Below, piece by piece: positions 33,471 through 42,377 of a stretch of 64,000 nucleotides of DNA; the stretch's first letter is position 1; each line of letters begins with the position of its first letter. This DNA comes from Pirellulales bacterium (GTDB lineage Bacteria > Planctomycetota > Planctomycetia > Pirellulales > Thermoguttaceae): NCBI GenBank assembly GCA_963844755.1, contig CAWJPM010000008.1, positions 69,788 through 133,787 of the forward strand. The letters run 5' to 3'. The translations under genes and the position numbers were made by a program. The notes under the pieces are model-generated. The model was not told the DNA's origin, made no database searches, and worked only from the letters and a program-made list of their open reading frames with translations.

Positions 33471-34560
33471 ATGCCTCGCCCTTTTCGCATCATCGATGCG
33501 GCGGCGAATCGGGCCCGGGAAGGATTCGCGTGGCCGAGGATTTTGTCCGCTTCGTGCTCGATGATCGGCATCTTACCGAACAATGCAAGCAGTTGCGCCA
33601 CGATCTGACCGCTTTATTGGGCCAGATACCCGGCGAACAACTTCTGGCCGCCCGGGAAACGCAGGCCGACGTGGGCACCACTTTGGCCACTCCGTCCGAA
33701 GAGCATCGCTGTGATGCGACAGAGGTGCTTTTGGCCAATTTCGCCCGGTTGCAAGAATCGCTCCGCAGCCTGGAGGAATTCGGCAAACTCATGGATCCAG
33801 TCTGGGCGGCCGAAATCAAACAACTCCGCTACCGCAGTTACACCTTGCACCGGGCGGTTGAAATTACCCGAACCAGCATCAAGCGGCTTGCCAACGCCCG
33901 GCTGTATGTGCTCATCGACGGCCGGACCACGCTCGACGATTTCCGCCAATTGGTTCAAGCGTTAATCGCAGCCGGAGTGCATATACTTCAACTTCGCGAT
34001 AAAAAACTCGACGACCGGCAATTGGTCGAGCGTGCCCGGCTTCTGCGAGAATTAACCTGGGGGACTGTCCCGATTTTCTCGCTAGGGAAAATGGGACTGT
34101 CCCCTTTGTACGTAATAAGACCTTGTTCATAATGAACGATCGGCCCGACCTGGCGGCAGTTTGCCATGCCGATGGAGTTCACCTGGGCCAGGAAGACCTT
34201 TCGGTCAAGGACGCCCGGGCGATTGTCGGCGCCGATGCGCTTATCGGCGTATCGACGCACACCATCGAACAAGCCCGGCAAGCGGTCCTTGAAGGCGCCA
34301 ACTACATCGGCACCGGCCCGACGTTCCCCTCCGGCACAAAGCAGTTCGAAAACTTCCCCGGCCTGGAATTTCTTAGAGCAGTAGCCGCCGAAATCCGCCT
34401 TCCCGCCTTCGCTATCGGCGGAATAACGCCAGCCAAACTGCCCCAAGTATTAGCAACCGGAATCACCCGCATAGCCGTAAGCGGTTCAATCACCTCCGCC
34501 CCCGATCCTGTCTCTGTGATGTGTGATTTATTGGAACAATTAGGAATCGAGAAACCTTAA
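33471..34560 (+). CDS. thiE: thiamine-phosphate synthase, long form with an N-terminal regulatory-like domain; frameshift near 33526 and a palindromic insertion at 34058-34110
   Basis: MPRPFRIIDAAANRAREGF/RVAEDFVRFVLDD (N-domain as in cyanobacterial long ThiE), then LYVLIDG...HILQLRDKK...LFIMNDRPDLA...ADGVHLGQEDL...IGVSTH...YIGTGPTFPS..K...AIGGI. Confidence 0.8.
34059..34104 (+). repeat. 46-nt imperfect palindrome (GGGGACTGTCCC-GATTTTC ... GAAAAT-GGGACTGTCCCC) inside the thiE coding region
   Basis: ggggactgtcccgattttc-tcgctagg-gaaaatgggactgtcccc. The thiE frame differs before (frame 2) and after (frame 1) this block. Confidence 0.75.
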
Positions 34561-34878
34561 TCCGTTTAGCTTGGACGCTCGTGACCGTCTGATTTTAAGC
34601 CTGAAAGGCTTGACTACGACAGCCCAGGGCAGAGCGGCGAGCCCTGGGTCACCGGGCGCACCAAAATCCGAAGCTCTGAAAGAGCGCAGCTACCATCCGG
34701 ATGAACCCATCCTCAAGTATCACCTAAATATCTATGCGATTGAACCACTGTCTTTCACACATCATTGGCCCAATTTCTTTCCTTGAAATTATGCCAACGC
34801 TTCTGCTACAATACCCGCGACGCATTCCGCAAAAACAGACACAAACGACCAACATGAACCGTGCAATGAACCTTTCAA

Positions 34879-34910
34879 ACGTGGAAAATATCTCGTTTTG
34901 TTGACCAAAA
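34879..34910 (+). promoter_or_regulatory. copy B of the 32-nt CGTGGAAAAATCGCGATTTTGGTGACCAAAA motif
   Basis: acgtggaaaatatctcgttttgttgaccaaaa. Confidence 0.55.
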
Positions 34911-34953
34911 AACTCCCCGCAAAACCAAGACTACTGACGCCCGGCACCCTACA

Positions 34954-34986
34954 ACGTGGAAAAATCGCGATTCTGACACCAAAAAA
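34954..34986 (+). promoter_or_regulatory. copy C of the 32-nt motif, 75 nt downstream of copy B and about 100 nt upstream of the CYTH gene
   Basis: acgtggaaaaatcgcgattctgacaccaaaaaa. Confidence 0.6.
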
Positions 34987-35087
34987 TTACTCGATTATTG
35001 CACTTAAACCAATGATCATCCATGACTTAAAGAAATAATTCACCAATCCCATCCCTCCCATGAAACTCCGCTGGTACCAATTCAGCC

Positions 35088-35647
35088 ATGCAATACGAAG
35101 TCGAACAAAAATTTCCCGTTAGCGATATGCAGGCTTTGCAGGAGCGTTTGATCGCGCTTGGGGCGACGATTGGCGAAACGCAGGTGGAGGTCGATCTGTA
35201 TTTTGCCCATCCGGCCAAGGATTTTGCAAGACGGACGAGGCCTTGCGGATTCGCCGCCAAGGGGCGAAGAATTTTATTACTTACAAGGGGCCAAAGGTTG
35301 ACATCACGACCAAGACCCGGCGGGAAATGGAGCTGCCTTTGCCCGATGGCGAAGAAGCGGCCAAAGATTGGGGCAGTATGCTGGAGGCTTTGGGCTTCGA
35401 GCCTGTCGGCGAGGTGCTCAAGTGGCGGCGCAAGGCCCGCATTCTATGGCAAAGTCAGGCCATTGAATGTGCTTTGGACGACGTGCAAGGACTGGGCGAG
35501 TACTGTGAACTGGAGCTTATAACCAACTTCGCCGATCTGGAACCGGCCAAGGCCTGCATCGCCGCCCTGGCCGAAAAACTCGGATTAAAACAAAGCGAGC
35601 GGCGAAGTTATTTGGAACTGTTGCTGGAGGCCGGAGGCCGCGGGTAA
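35088..35647 (+). CDS. CYTH domain protein (CyaB-type class IV adenylate cyclase / thiamine triphosphatase fold); frameshift near 35235
   Basis: MQYEVEQKF (ExExK signature). ORF 35088..35522 joins ORF 35243..35647 (LRIRRQG..FITYKGPKVD...RREMELPL...ECALDDVQGLGEYCELE). Confidence 0.75.
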
Positions 35648-35862
35648 ACGAAAAAACCGCTTGCGGTTTCGCGTGGTGCATGGGATTACTGGGCAGTAAA
35701 CTGCCCAGCCCTTATGAGTTATAGTGTGAATTCTGGAATTATTTACTATTCTCCGTGTCCTCCGTTTCTCCGTGGTGATCTCTAGCCCCTAAATTAAAAC
35801 TGCACTTTCGTTGAAATGGGGAATCTGCGATACTTGGCATGGGTTTTATGGAAGGAACCGAC

Positions 35863-37194
35863 ATGTCAGAATCCAAACCATATACGATATTCTTTTCAGC
35901 CGGCGAGCCCAGCGGGGATCTGCACGGGGCCAATCTGATTCGGCAGTTGCAAAAACGCTGCCCGAATCTGCAAGCGGTCGGGTATGGCGGGCCGAAAATG
36001 GCCGCTGTCGGATGCCGGCTGCATGCCGATCTTACCGCCTTGGCCGTGATGTGGATCGCCCGGGTGCTGGTGAATCTTCATAAATTTTGGGGACTTGTCA
36101 GCCGGGCGGACCGCTATTTTCGGCATCATCGGCCGGATGCGGTGGTGCTGATCGACTATCCGGGCTTTAACTGGTGGATCGCCCGGCGGGCGAAACTGCA
36201 CGGGATTCCCGTGTTTTATTACACCCCGCCGCAAATCTGGGCCTGGGCAACCTGGCGCGTGCGGAAAATGCGGAAGTTTGTCGATCATGTATTGTGCAGC
36301 CTGCCCTTTGAGGAAGAATGGCTGCGCAAACGGGGATGCAACGCCACGTTCGTGGGCCATCCGTTTTTCGACGAGGTCGAGCGATACAGGCTCGATGAAA
36401 AGTTTATCGAAGAACATCGGCGGCAAAGCGGGCCGCTGCTGGCGATCCTGCCCGGCTCGCGAAATCAGGAGGTCGCCAACAATCTGAAATGGTTCCTCAA
36501 GGCGGCGGCGATTGTCCGCCGGCGGGTGCCAAACGTCCGATTGGCCATGGCCTGTTTCAAACCGCACCAGGCCGATATCGCCCGGCGGGAAGCTGAGGCG
36601 GCCGGATTGCCCGTGGAAATTTGCCTGGGAAAGACGCCCGAACTGATGTCGCTGGCCGATTGCGCAATGGCCGTTTCCGGCTCGGTATCGCTGGAACTGC
36701 TGTATCACGCCACGCCCACGGTGATTCTTTATTGGATCAGCCGCTTGGGTTATTTTGTGCAGGGATTTTTCCGCAAGGTGAAGTACATTACGCTGGTCAA
36801 TTTGCTATCGACCGATGAACTTTATCCGCAAGACCTGACGCCTTACGATCCATCGCAGGCGGATGCCGATAAAGTGCTTTTCCCGGAATATTTGACTTGC
36901 GAGGACAAATCGGAACAAATAGCGGGCCATTTGATCGAGTGGCTCACGGATCCGGCAAAGCGGGCGGCACGGGTCGCGCAATTGGAGGCATTAAAGGAAA
37001 AGGTCGCCCACGGCGGGGCATCCAGCCGGGCGGCGCAGTACATCCTCGACGTGCTTTCCCGGCGCAGTCACCCTATTCCCCGGCCGCATTACCTGCCCGT
37101 TCATGAAAAAGTGGGCAGTGGACAATGGACAGAGGGCAGTGGGTGGAGGACAATGGGCAGTGGACAATGGAAAGAAAAAAGTGCAAAATACTGA
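35863..37194 (+). CDS. lpxB: lipid-A-disaccharide synthase; the C-terminal ~30 aa read into a word-repeat block
   Basis: MSESKPYTIFFSAGEPSGDLHGANLI...IDYPGFN...PQIWAW...LPGSR. The tail ...KVGSGQWTEGSGWRTMGSGQWKEKSAKY is encoded by the repeat at 37112-37170. Confidence 0.85.
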   Translation: MSESKPYTIFFSAGEPSGDLHGANLIRQLQKRCPNLQAVGYGGPKMAAVGCRLHADLTALAVMWIARVLVNLHKFWGLVSRADRYFRHHRPDAVVLIDYPGFNWWIARRAKLHGIPVFYYTPPQIWAWATWRVRKMRKFVDHVLCSLPFEEEWLRKRGCNATFVGHPFFDEVERYRLDEKFIEEHRRQSGPLLAILPGSRNQEVANNLKWFLKAAAIVRRRVPNVRLAMACFKPHQADIARREAEAAGLPVEICLGKTPELMSLADCAMAVSGSVSLELLYHATPTVILYWISRLGYFVQGFFRKVKYITLVNLLSTDELYPQDLTPYDPSQADADKVLFPEYLTCEDKSEQIAGHLIEWLTDPAKRAARVAQLEALKEKVAHGGASSRAAQYILDVLSRRSHPIPRPHYLPVHEKVGSGQWTEGSGWRTMGSGQWKEKSAKY

Positions 37195-37245
37195 ACCCTG
37201 AACCACTGACCACTGAACTCTGACCACTGACCCCCTGAAACCACT
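37112..37245 (+). repeat. word-repeat palindrome block: (g/a)cagtgg/acaatgg words, a 20-nt A-rich centre, then ccactga/ctgaacc words
   Basis: gggcagtggacaatggacagagggcagtgggtggaggacaatgggcagtggacaatgg ... ctgaaccctgaaccactgaccactgaactctgaccactgaccccctgaaaccact. Confidence 0.75.
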
Positions 37246-37248
37246 TCC

Positions 37249-38029
37249 ATGTTTGGCGAGCCCGGCCCTACTCAAGGCGATATTCATTTCAAACTATTGG
37301 GGATGCCCATCCGCATTCACCCGTTGTTCTGGCTGATAGCGGTGATTTTGGGGGCAAATAGCGGGGGAGTGATTGAAGTACTGATCTGGGTAGCGGCCGT
37401 ATTGGTTTCGATACTGATCCATGAATTGGGCCATGCCCTGGTGATAAAAGCCTTTGGATTCCATCCGTGGATCGTGCTTTACGGCATGGGCGGTTTGACT
37501 ATCCACGACCCGGCCGAAAACTACAATTCCAAGGCCAATACGACTTTGGGGCAGATTTCGATCAGTATTGCCGGACCCTTGGCGGGTTTTTTATTGGCTG
37601 CAGCGCTATTGGCGGCGCTTTATTTGGCGGGGTTTGGAGCATCAAATCAGCTACGAACACCCTTTCAACTTAAGACCTTATTGGAGGGAAGTGATTAGTT
37701 TGCAGGATTTGATCAGAGGCTATCATGAACCAAGCCGGTTGGTGAGCTTTGTCAACGACATATTTTTCATCAGCATTTTCTGGGGCCTGATGAATTTGCT
37801 GCCCATCTATCCTTTGGACGGCGGGCACATCGTGCGGGAAATTCTGCTTTACTTCAATCGCCAGGAGGGAGTTTGGCAATCGCTAATTCTTTCCATATTT
37901 ACGGCGGGACTGATCGCAGTTTTCGGACTGGTTAAATTGCACGACTACTATATCGCTATTTTTTTTGCCTTTTTGGCCTACGAAAGCTTCATGGCCTTGC
38001 AAGCCGTTTCGCACGGCGGCAGGTGGTAA
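37249..38029 (+). CDS. M50 family (site-2 protease-like) membrane metalloprotease; frameshift around 37600-37690
   Basis: HELGHAL zinc motif in ORF 37249..37698 and NLLPIYPLDGGHIV in ORF 37568..38029. Confidence 0.8.
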
Positions 38030-38294
38030 CGGAGTCAGGATGACTTTTTTGGAGAAATATCAAACAATCGGTCGATTAGGCATTGAAATGCTGGCGAGAT
38101 AGTGTAATTATTATTAACAGACATTGCTGATATCTGGTAAGAAACATTGCTTACCAGGATAAAAGCACACGATTGTACATCGGCGAAGGTGGCCGAAAAT
38201 TAGGATATTTTTATAGTGGCCGACTCAATGGGAACTTCAACGATCTGAAGTGGCCAACTCGGCCGAGCCGCGAACCTTTAAAGGAGGGACAACA

Positions 38295-38429
38295 GTGGCC
38301 AAAAAAGTAGCGAAAAAGGCTGCCAAGAAAGCACCAGCTAAGAAGGTAGCCAAGAAAGCAACCGCTAAGAAGGTAGCCAAAAAGGCGCCTGCCAAGAAGA
38401 AGATGTCCGGTTCGTGCTGCTGCAAGTAA
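38295..38429 (+). CDS. 44-aa Lys/Ala-rich histone-H1-like basic protein ending in CCCK
   Basis: AAGGAGGG (38281-38288) sits 6 nt before GTG 38295. My translation is (M)AKKVAKKAAKKAPAKKVAKKATAKKVAKKAPAKKKMSGSCCCK*. It is too short for the ORF track, which lists only the antisense 38237..38425. Confidence 0.55.
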   Translation: MAKKVAKKAAKKAPAKKVAKKATAKKVAKKAPAKKKMSGSCCCK

Positions 38430-38614
38430 GCAACTTGTAAGCAGAGGACCTACCGGCCTCGCTTCATTCGGACTACGACGAGAAAGGGCCGTCGGAATCT
38501 ATGTATTTCGGCGGCTCTAAGTGTTTGCAGGGAAAGGGGTTATGGATTAGGGATTTGGAGATTGGGAACACTGCTTATCCCTGGGGAATTAAACTTTTTT
38601 TCGCCCGCCTGCTG

Positions 38615-39348
38615 CTATTGCCAGGGCCAGACTATCCGGTGTGCGGCGGATTTGGGCGTTTGCGAAGCGGATGCACTGTTGACGGCAGTCGGATTGGCGT
38701 TTTGTTGCAAGTATTGTTGCATCCAAGCCGGTTGATAGAAAATCGCCATTGTCAGTATGGCCAGCTTGGCATAAGTGGAAAGGTTGGCCCAACCACTATG
38801 GCCGAATATTTTTAAGGCGGTGCCAAAGGAACTTTTAAAATGTAATCCGTGCGACCACTCGATACTCCAAATTTCATCGAGAAACAGATGCGACATGTAT
38901 CCCAAGACCACTGCTCCGGCCTTGTATAATCGCAAGTTGGTGTCGCCGGAGGCCAAGAGATAGCCTATTTCGCCGAAGATGGCCGCGGCGGGCAAACTGT
39001 GAAACATGCCGCGATGAACGGTAAAACGCTGTAATAACCAGGCTCCGCCGAAGCGAATCAATAAATATAGTCGCGGCCCCGATAATGATGATCATCTCAT
39101 GCGATAGGCCCATCTGCTGAAAGATAATGAATCAGCATGACAGGCACGACCGCGGCGGCAAAGGCCATGCTTTCGTGAAGCGGTCGGCCGGGGCCGGAAT
39201 CCAAGTCGGGAAGCATTCCCGACACCCCGCACAATCCGCCCGCCAAAATGCAACTGGGAATCGGCACATCGTATAGAAAATAGGCCGCCGTTCCATAACC
39301 GGCGCCAAGAATACTGCTGAAAGTGATGTGTGTTTTAAAGCCGGCCAT
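38615..39348 (-). CDS. membrane-bound metal-dependent hydrolase (YdjM/DUF457-like); two frameshifts
   Basis: ORFs 39097..39348 (MAGFKTHITFSSILGAGYG...), 38874..39113 and 38615..39061 (HRGMFHS...SHLFLDE) are colinear pieces. Confidence 0.6.
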
Positions 39349-39719
39349 TGGAAGGTAACAGGCGATTGGGAATAGGTATTAGGGTGCAGACCAAAATGTG
39401 GGAGTGGGTTTTAGCGAAAATGGGGATTTGGGCCAAGAGCAATTGGATAATCGGCAAATTTCGCTTCTTTGTTTATAATATCGGATCTTCTCTATTTCAT
39501 CAGGGTTACCTCTGTTCTCTAATTCCTTACCCCTCTCTCTAGCCCCTAATCCCTAACTCTACTCCCTGCAAAACAAACCGCCCTGGACATTATTGCGGGT
39601 TTTGAGTACCTTCCGCCCCTTCGATCGCTTATCGCTAATCTCATCACTAGTTTGTGGGACGACTTTAAAAGTCGTCTTCCGATGTTTTTTTAAAATTATC
39701 ATATAAACCGGAGAAACTG

Positions 39720-41813
39720 ATGGCTTCGGTGGTTGCGGCGCCAGCGCCGTCGCTGGGCTCGATGGCCCGGCTCCAAGATCTGATATTGCCTGTAGGGATC
39801 ATCTCCAGCGTTCTGGTGATCATGATCCCCTTGCCGCCGGCATTGATGGACGTGTTGTTGTCCTCGAACATCACAGTTGCCGTGCTCGTGCTTTTGACGA
39901 CCGTTTTTGTGCGCACGCCGCTGGAATTCAATATATTTCCCTCGCTGCTATTGGCCACCACGCTATTCCGCCTGGTTTTGAACGTTGCCACAACGCGACT
40001 GATTCTGACCCATGCCGGGGCCGACGGCTTGTGGGCGGCCGGCGGAGTGGTAAAAGCCTTCGGCGAATTCGTGGCCGGCGATAAGATCGTGGTCGGCCTG
40101 ATTATATTTGCCATTATCGTGGTGATCCAATTCGTGGTGATTACCAAGGGGGCCACGCGGATATCGGAAGTGGCGGCCCGCTTCGCCTTGGACGGCATGC
40201 CGGGCAGGCAGATGGCCATCGACGCCGATCTGAACGCCGGAACCATCGACGAGCGGGAGGCCCAGCGCCGCCGCCTGGAAATAACCCAGCAGGCCGACTT
40301 TTTCGGGGCCATGGACGGTGCCAGCAAGTTCGTGCGCGGCGATGCCATAGCCGGCATCGTGATCACGCTGATCAACATCGTGGGCGGATTGTTCATCGGC
40401 ATGATCGAATCGGGCATGACATTCACCCAGGCCGCCGATATTTTCACAAAACTGACCATCGGCGACGGCCTGGTCACCCAGGTGCCGGCGTTTTTGATCT
40501 CCTTGGCCGCGGGCTTGCTGGTGACGCGGAGCAGCCAGGATTCCGATCTGCCCGCCGATTTTATCAAGCAACTGTTTTCGCGTCCGCAGGCGTTGGCCGT
40601 GGCCGGGGGGTTTTTGGGAGTGCTCATGTTCACCCATCTGCCGCGTATTCCCCTGATGGCCATCGGGGCCGCTTGCGTGGGATTGGCGCTTACGATTACG
40701 CGGCGAGAGCACCGGGCCGCCGCCGCCGTTAAGGCCAAAAAACAGGCCGATGCAGCCAAGCATCCAGAGGAGCGCGTGGAAGATTTCCTGGCGGTCGATC
40801 CCATGGAGGTCGAAATCGGCGTGGGCCTGATCCGCCTGGCCGATCCGAAACGCGGCGGCGATCTGCTGGAACGAATCCAGCGAGTGCGGCAGAACGTGGC
40901 CGCCGACATCGGCGTTATTTTGCCCAAGGTCCGCATCCGCGACAACATGCGCCTGGAACAGAATCAGTACCGCATCAAGATCGCCGACATGGTAGTGGCC
41001 GAGGGAACCGTGTATCCGGGCATGTATCTGGCCATCGACTCGCGCATGACGACCGGGAAGATCCACGGCATGGCCACCAAGGACCCGGCCTTCGGCACGC
41101 CGGCGGTGTGGATCGAGGCGGGCTCGCGCGAACAGGCCGAGATGTACGGCTACACCGTGGTCGAGCCGGGCAGCGTTATCGCCACGCATTTGACCGAAAC
41201 GGTGCGGAAAAACGCCGACGAGATTCTAACCCGCGACGCCGCAAAACACCTCATCGACGAATTGAAACGCACTTCGCCCGCGGTGGTCGACGAACTGATT
41301 CCCGGCGTTATGAAGTTGGCCGAAGTGCAGCAGATCCTGCAATTGTTGCTGCGCGAGTCGGTGCCCATCCGGCAGTTGGGGCCGATTTTGGAGATCCTGG
41401 GCGATTATGCCCCGCGCACGAAAGATCCGATCCTGTTGACCGAATACGTTCGCCACCGCCTGGCCCGGACGATTTGCACCCGCTATCGCGACAAGGAGCA
41501 TTGCTTGTACGTGGTTACGCTCGATCCTGCCTTGGAGGATCGGATTCGCTCCGGTTTCGACCACAACGAGCACGGGATGTTTATCCGCATGTCGCCGCAG
41601 GCCGTGGAGGCGATTTGCCGCATGATTTCGGCCGACGTGGAGAAACTGGTCACCGCGGGCCATCCGCCGATCGTGCTGGTGAGCCCGCAAATCCGCGCCG
41701 TTTTGAAACAGATGACGGCGCCGCACATCCCGCAGTTAGTAGTGCTAAGTTACAACGAAATCACCCGCGATACGAAGATCGATTCGCTGGCGATGGTTTC
41801 CGAAGACCGTTGA
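39720..41813 (+). CDS. flhA: flagellar type III export apparatus protein FlhA
   Basis: Intact 697-aa ORF. FPSLLLATTLFRLVLNVATTRLIL, FVVITKGATRISEVAARFALDGMPGRQMAIDADL. Confidence 0.95.
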   Translation: MASVVAAPAPSLGSMARLQDLILPVGIISSVLVIMIPLPPALMDVLLSSNITVAVLVLLTTVFVRTPLEFNIFPSLLLATTLFRLVLNVATTRLILTHAGADGLWAAGGVVKAFGEFVAGDKIVVGLIIFAIIVVIQFVVITKGATRISEVAARFALDGMPGRQMAIDADLNAGTIDEREAQRRRLEITQQADFFGAMDGASKFVRGDAIAGIVITLINIVGGLFIGMIESGMTFTQAADIFTKLTIGDGLVTQVPAFLISLAAGLLVTRSSQDSDLPADFIKQLFSRPQALAVAGGFLGVLMFTHLPRIPLMAIGAACVGLALTITRREHRAAAAVKAKKQADAAKHPEERVEDFLAVDPMEVEIGVGLIRLADPKRGGDLLERIQRVRQNVAADIGVILPKVRIRDNMRLEQNQYRIKIADMVVAEGTVYPGMYLAIDSRMTTGKIHGMATKDPAFGTPAVWIEAGSREQAEMYGYTVVEPGSVIATHLTETVRKNADEILTRDAAKHLIDELKRTSPAVVDELIPGVMKLAEVQQILQLLLRESVPIRQLGPILEILGDYAPRTKDPILLTEYVRHRLARTICTRYRDKEHCLYVVTLDPALEDRIRSGFDHNEHGMFIRMSPQAVEAICRMISADVEKLVTAGHPPIVLVSPQIRAVLKQMTAPHIPQLVVLSYNEITRDTKIDSLAMVSEDR

Positions 41814-41869
41814 ACAGATGTAAAGCCGCGACCATCGGTCGCGCTGATTAATGAAAAAGGATAATTACT

Positions 41870-42136
41870 ATGACAAAACACCTACTCGAAATCACCTTTG
41901 TGATTTCAACAATCATCGTTGCATTCCTTCTCGGAACACATTTCGTTGACAATAAAAAAGACACCGAGAAATATGTCAAACAACTTGTGGCAGAGGCAAT
42001 TAATGCCAAACAATGCGATGATACGCCGATTGTGATTATGTATCTTAAAGATCAGGAAAAAGAAAAACAAACGGAAAAAATCGAAACGTCGGCAAAAAGA
42101 ATGGTTGGGTTATTCTTCGACTGTTGTGAAAAATAA
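41870..42136 (+). CDS. hypothetical small membrane-anchored protein, low-GC orphan; may continue to about 42270 through a frameshift
   Basis: 88-aa ORF with one N-terminal TM helix and a Lys/Glu-rich body. ORF 42105.. continues the coding-like sequence (KSDLDYFIKWDEEKGWFNTENSHP). I recognise no family. Confidence 0.35.
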   Translation: MTKHLLEITFVISTIIVAFLLGTHFVDNKKDTEKYVKQLVAEAINAKQCDDTPIVIMYLKDQEKEKQTEKIETSAKRMVGLFFDCCEK

Positions 42137-42377
42137 CATTTATCTTCCAAAATCCGATTTGGATTACTTTATCAAATGGGATGAAGAAAAAGGTTGGTTC
42201 AACACTGAAAATAGTCACCCAAGAAACGAATTACTTTGGCGTATTTTTGCTTGCCGGTATATCAAGGTGATATTTTTCGCGACCGACCAACCTTCGGTTG
42301 GTGCCCGTCGCGGCTTTACAATTATTTTATCAATAACCGATTTCCCAATCCCTAATCCCCGATCCCCGATCCCTATC

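Noticed and set aside
38237-38425. 62-aa minus-strand ORF (FLAGAFLATFLA... repeats)
   Set aside because: It is the antisense reading of the AKK-repeat gene. The plus strand has a strong SD and a plausible product, while the minus ORF has no initiation signal.
39665-41189. 427-aa and 408-aa minus-strand ORFs
   Set aside because: These are shadow ORFs antisense to the intact, unmistakable flhA. They are Arg/Ala/Gly-rich and typical of the opposite strand of GC-rich genes.
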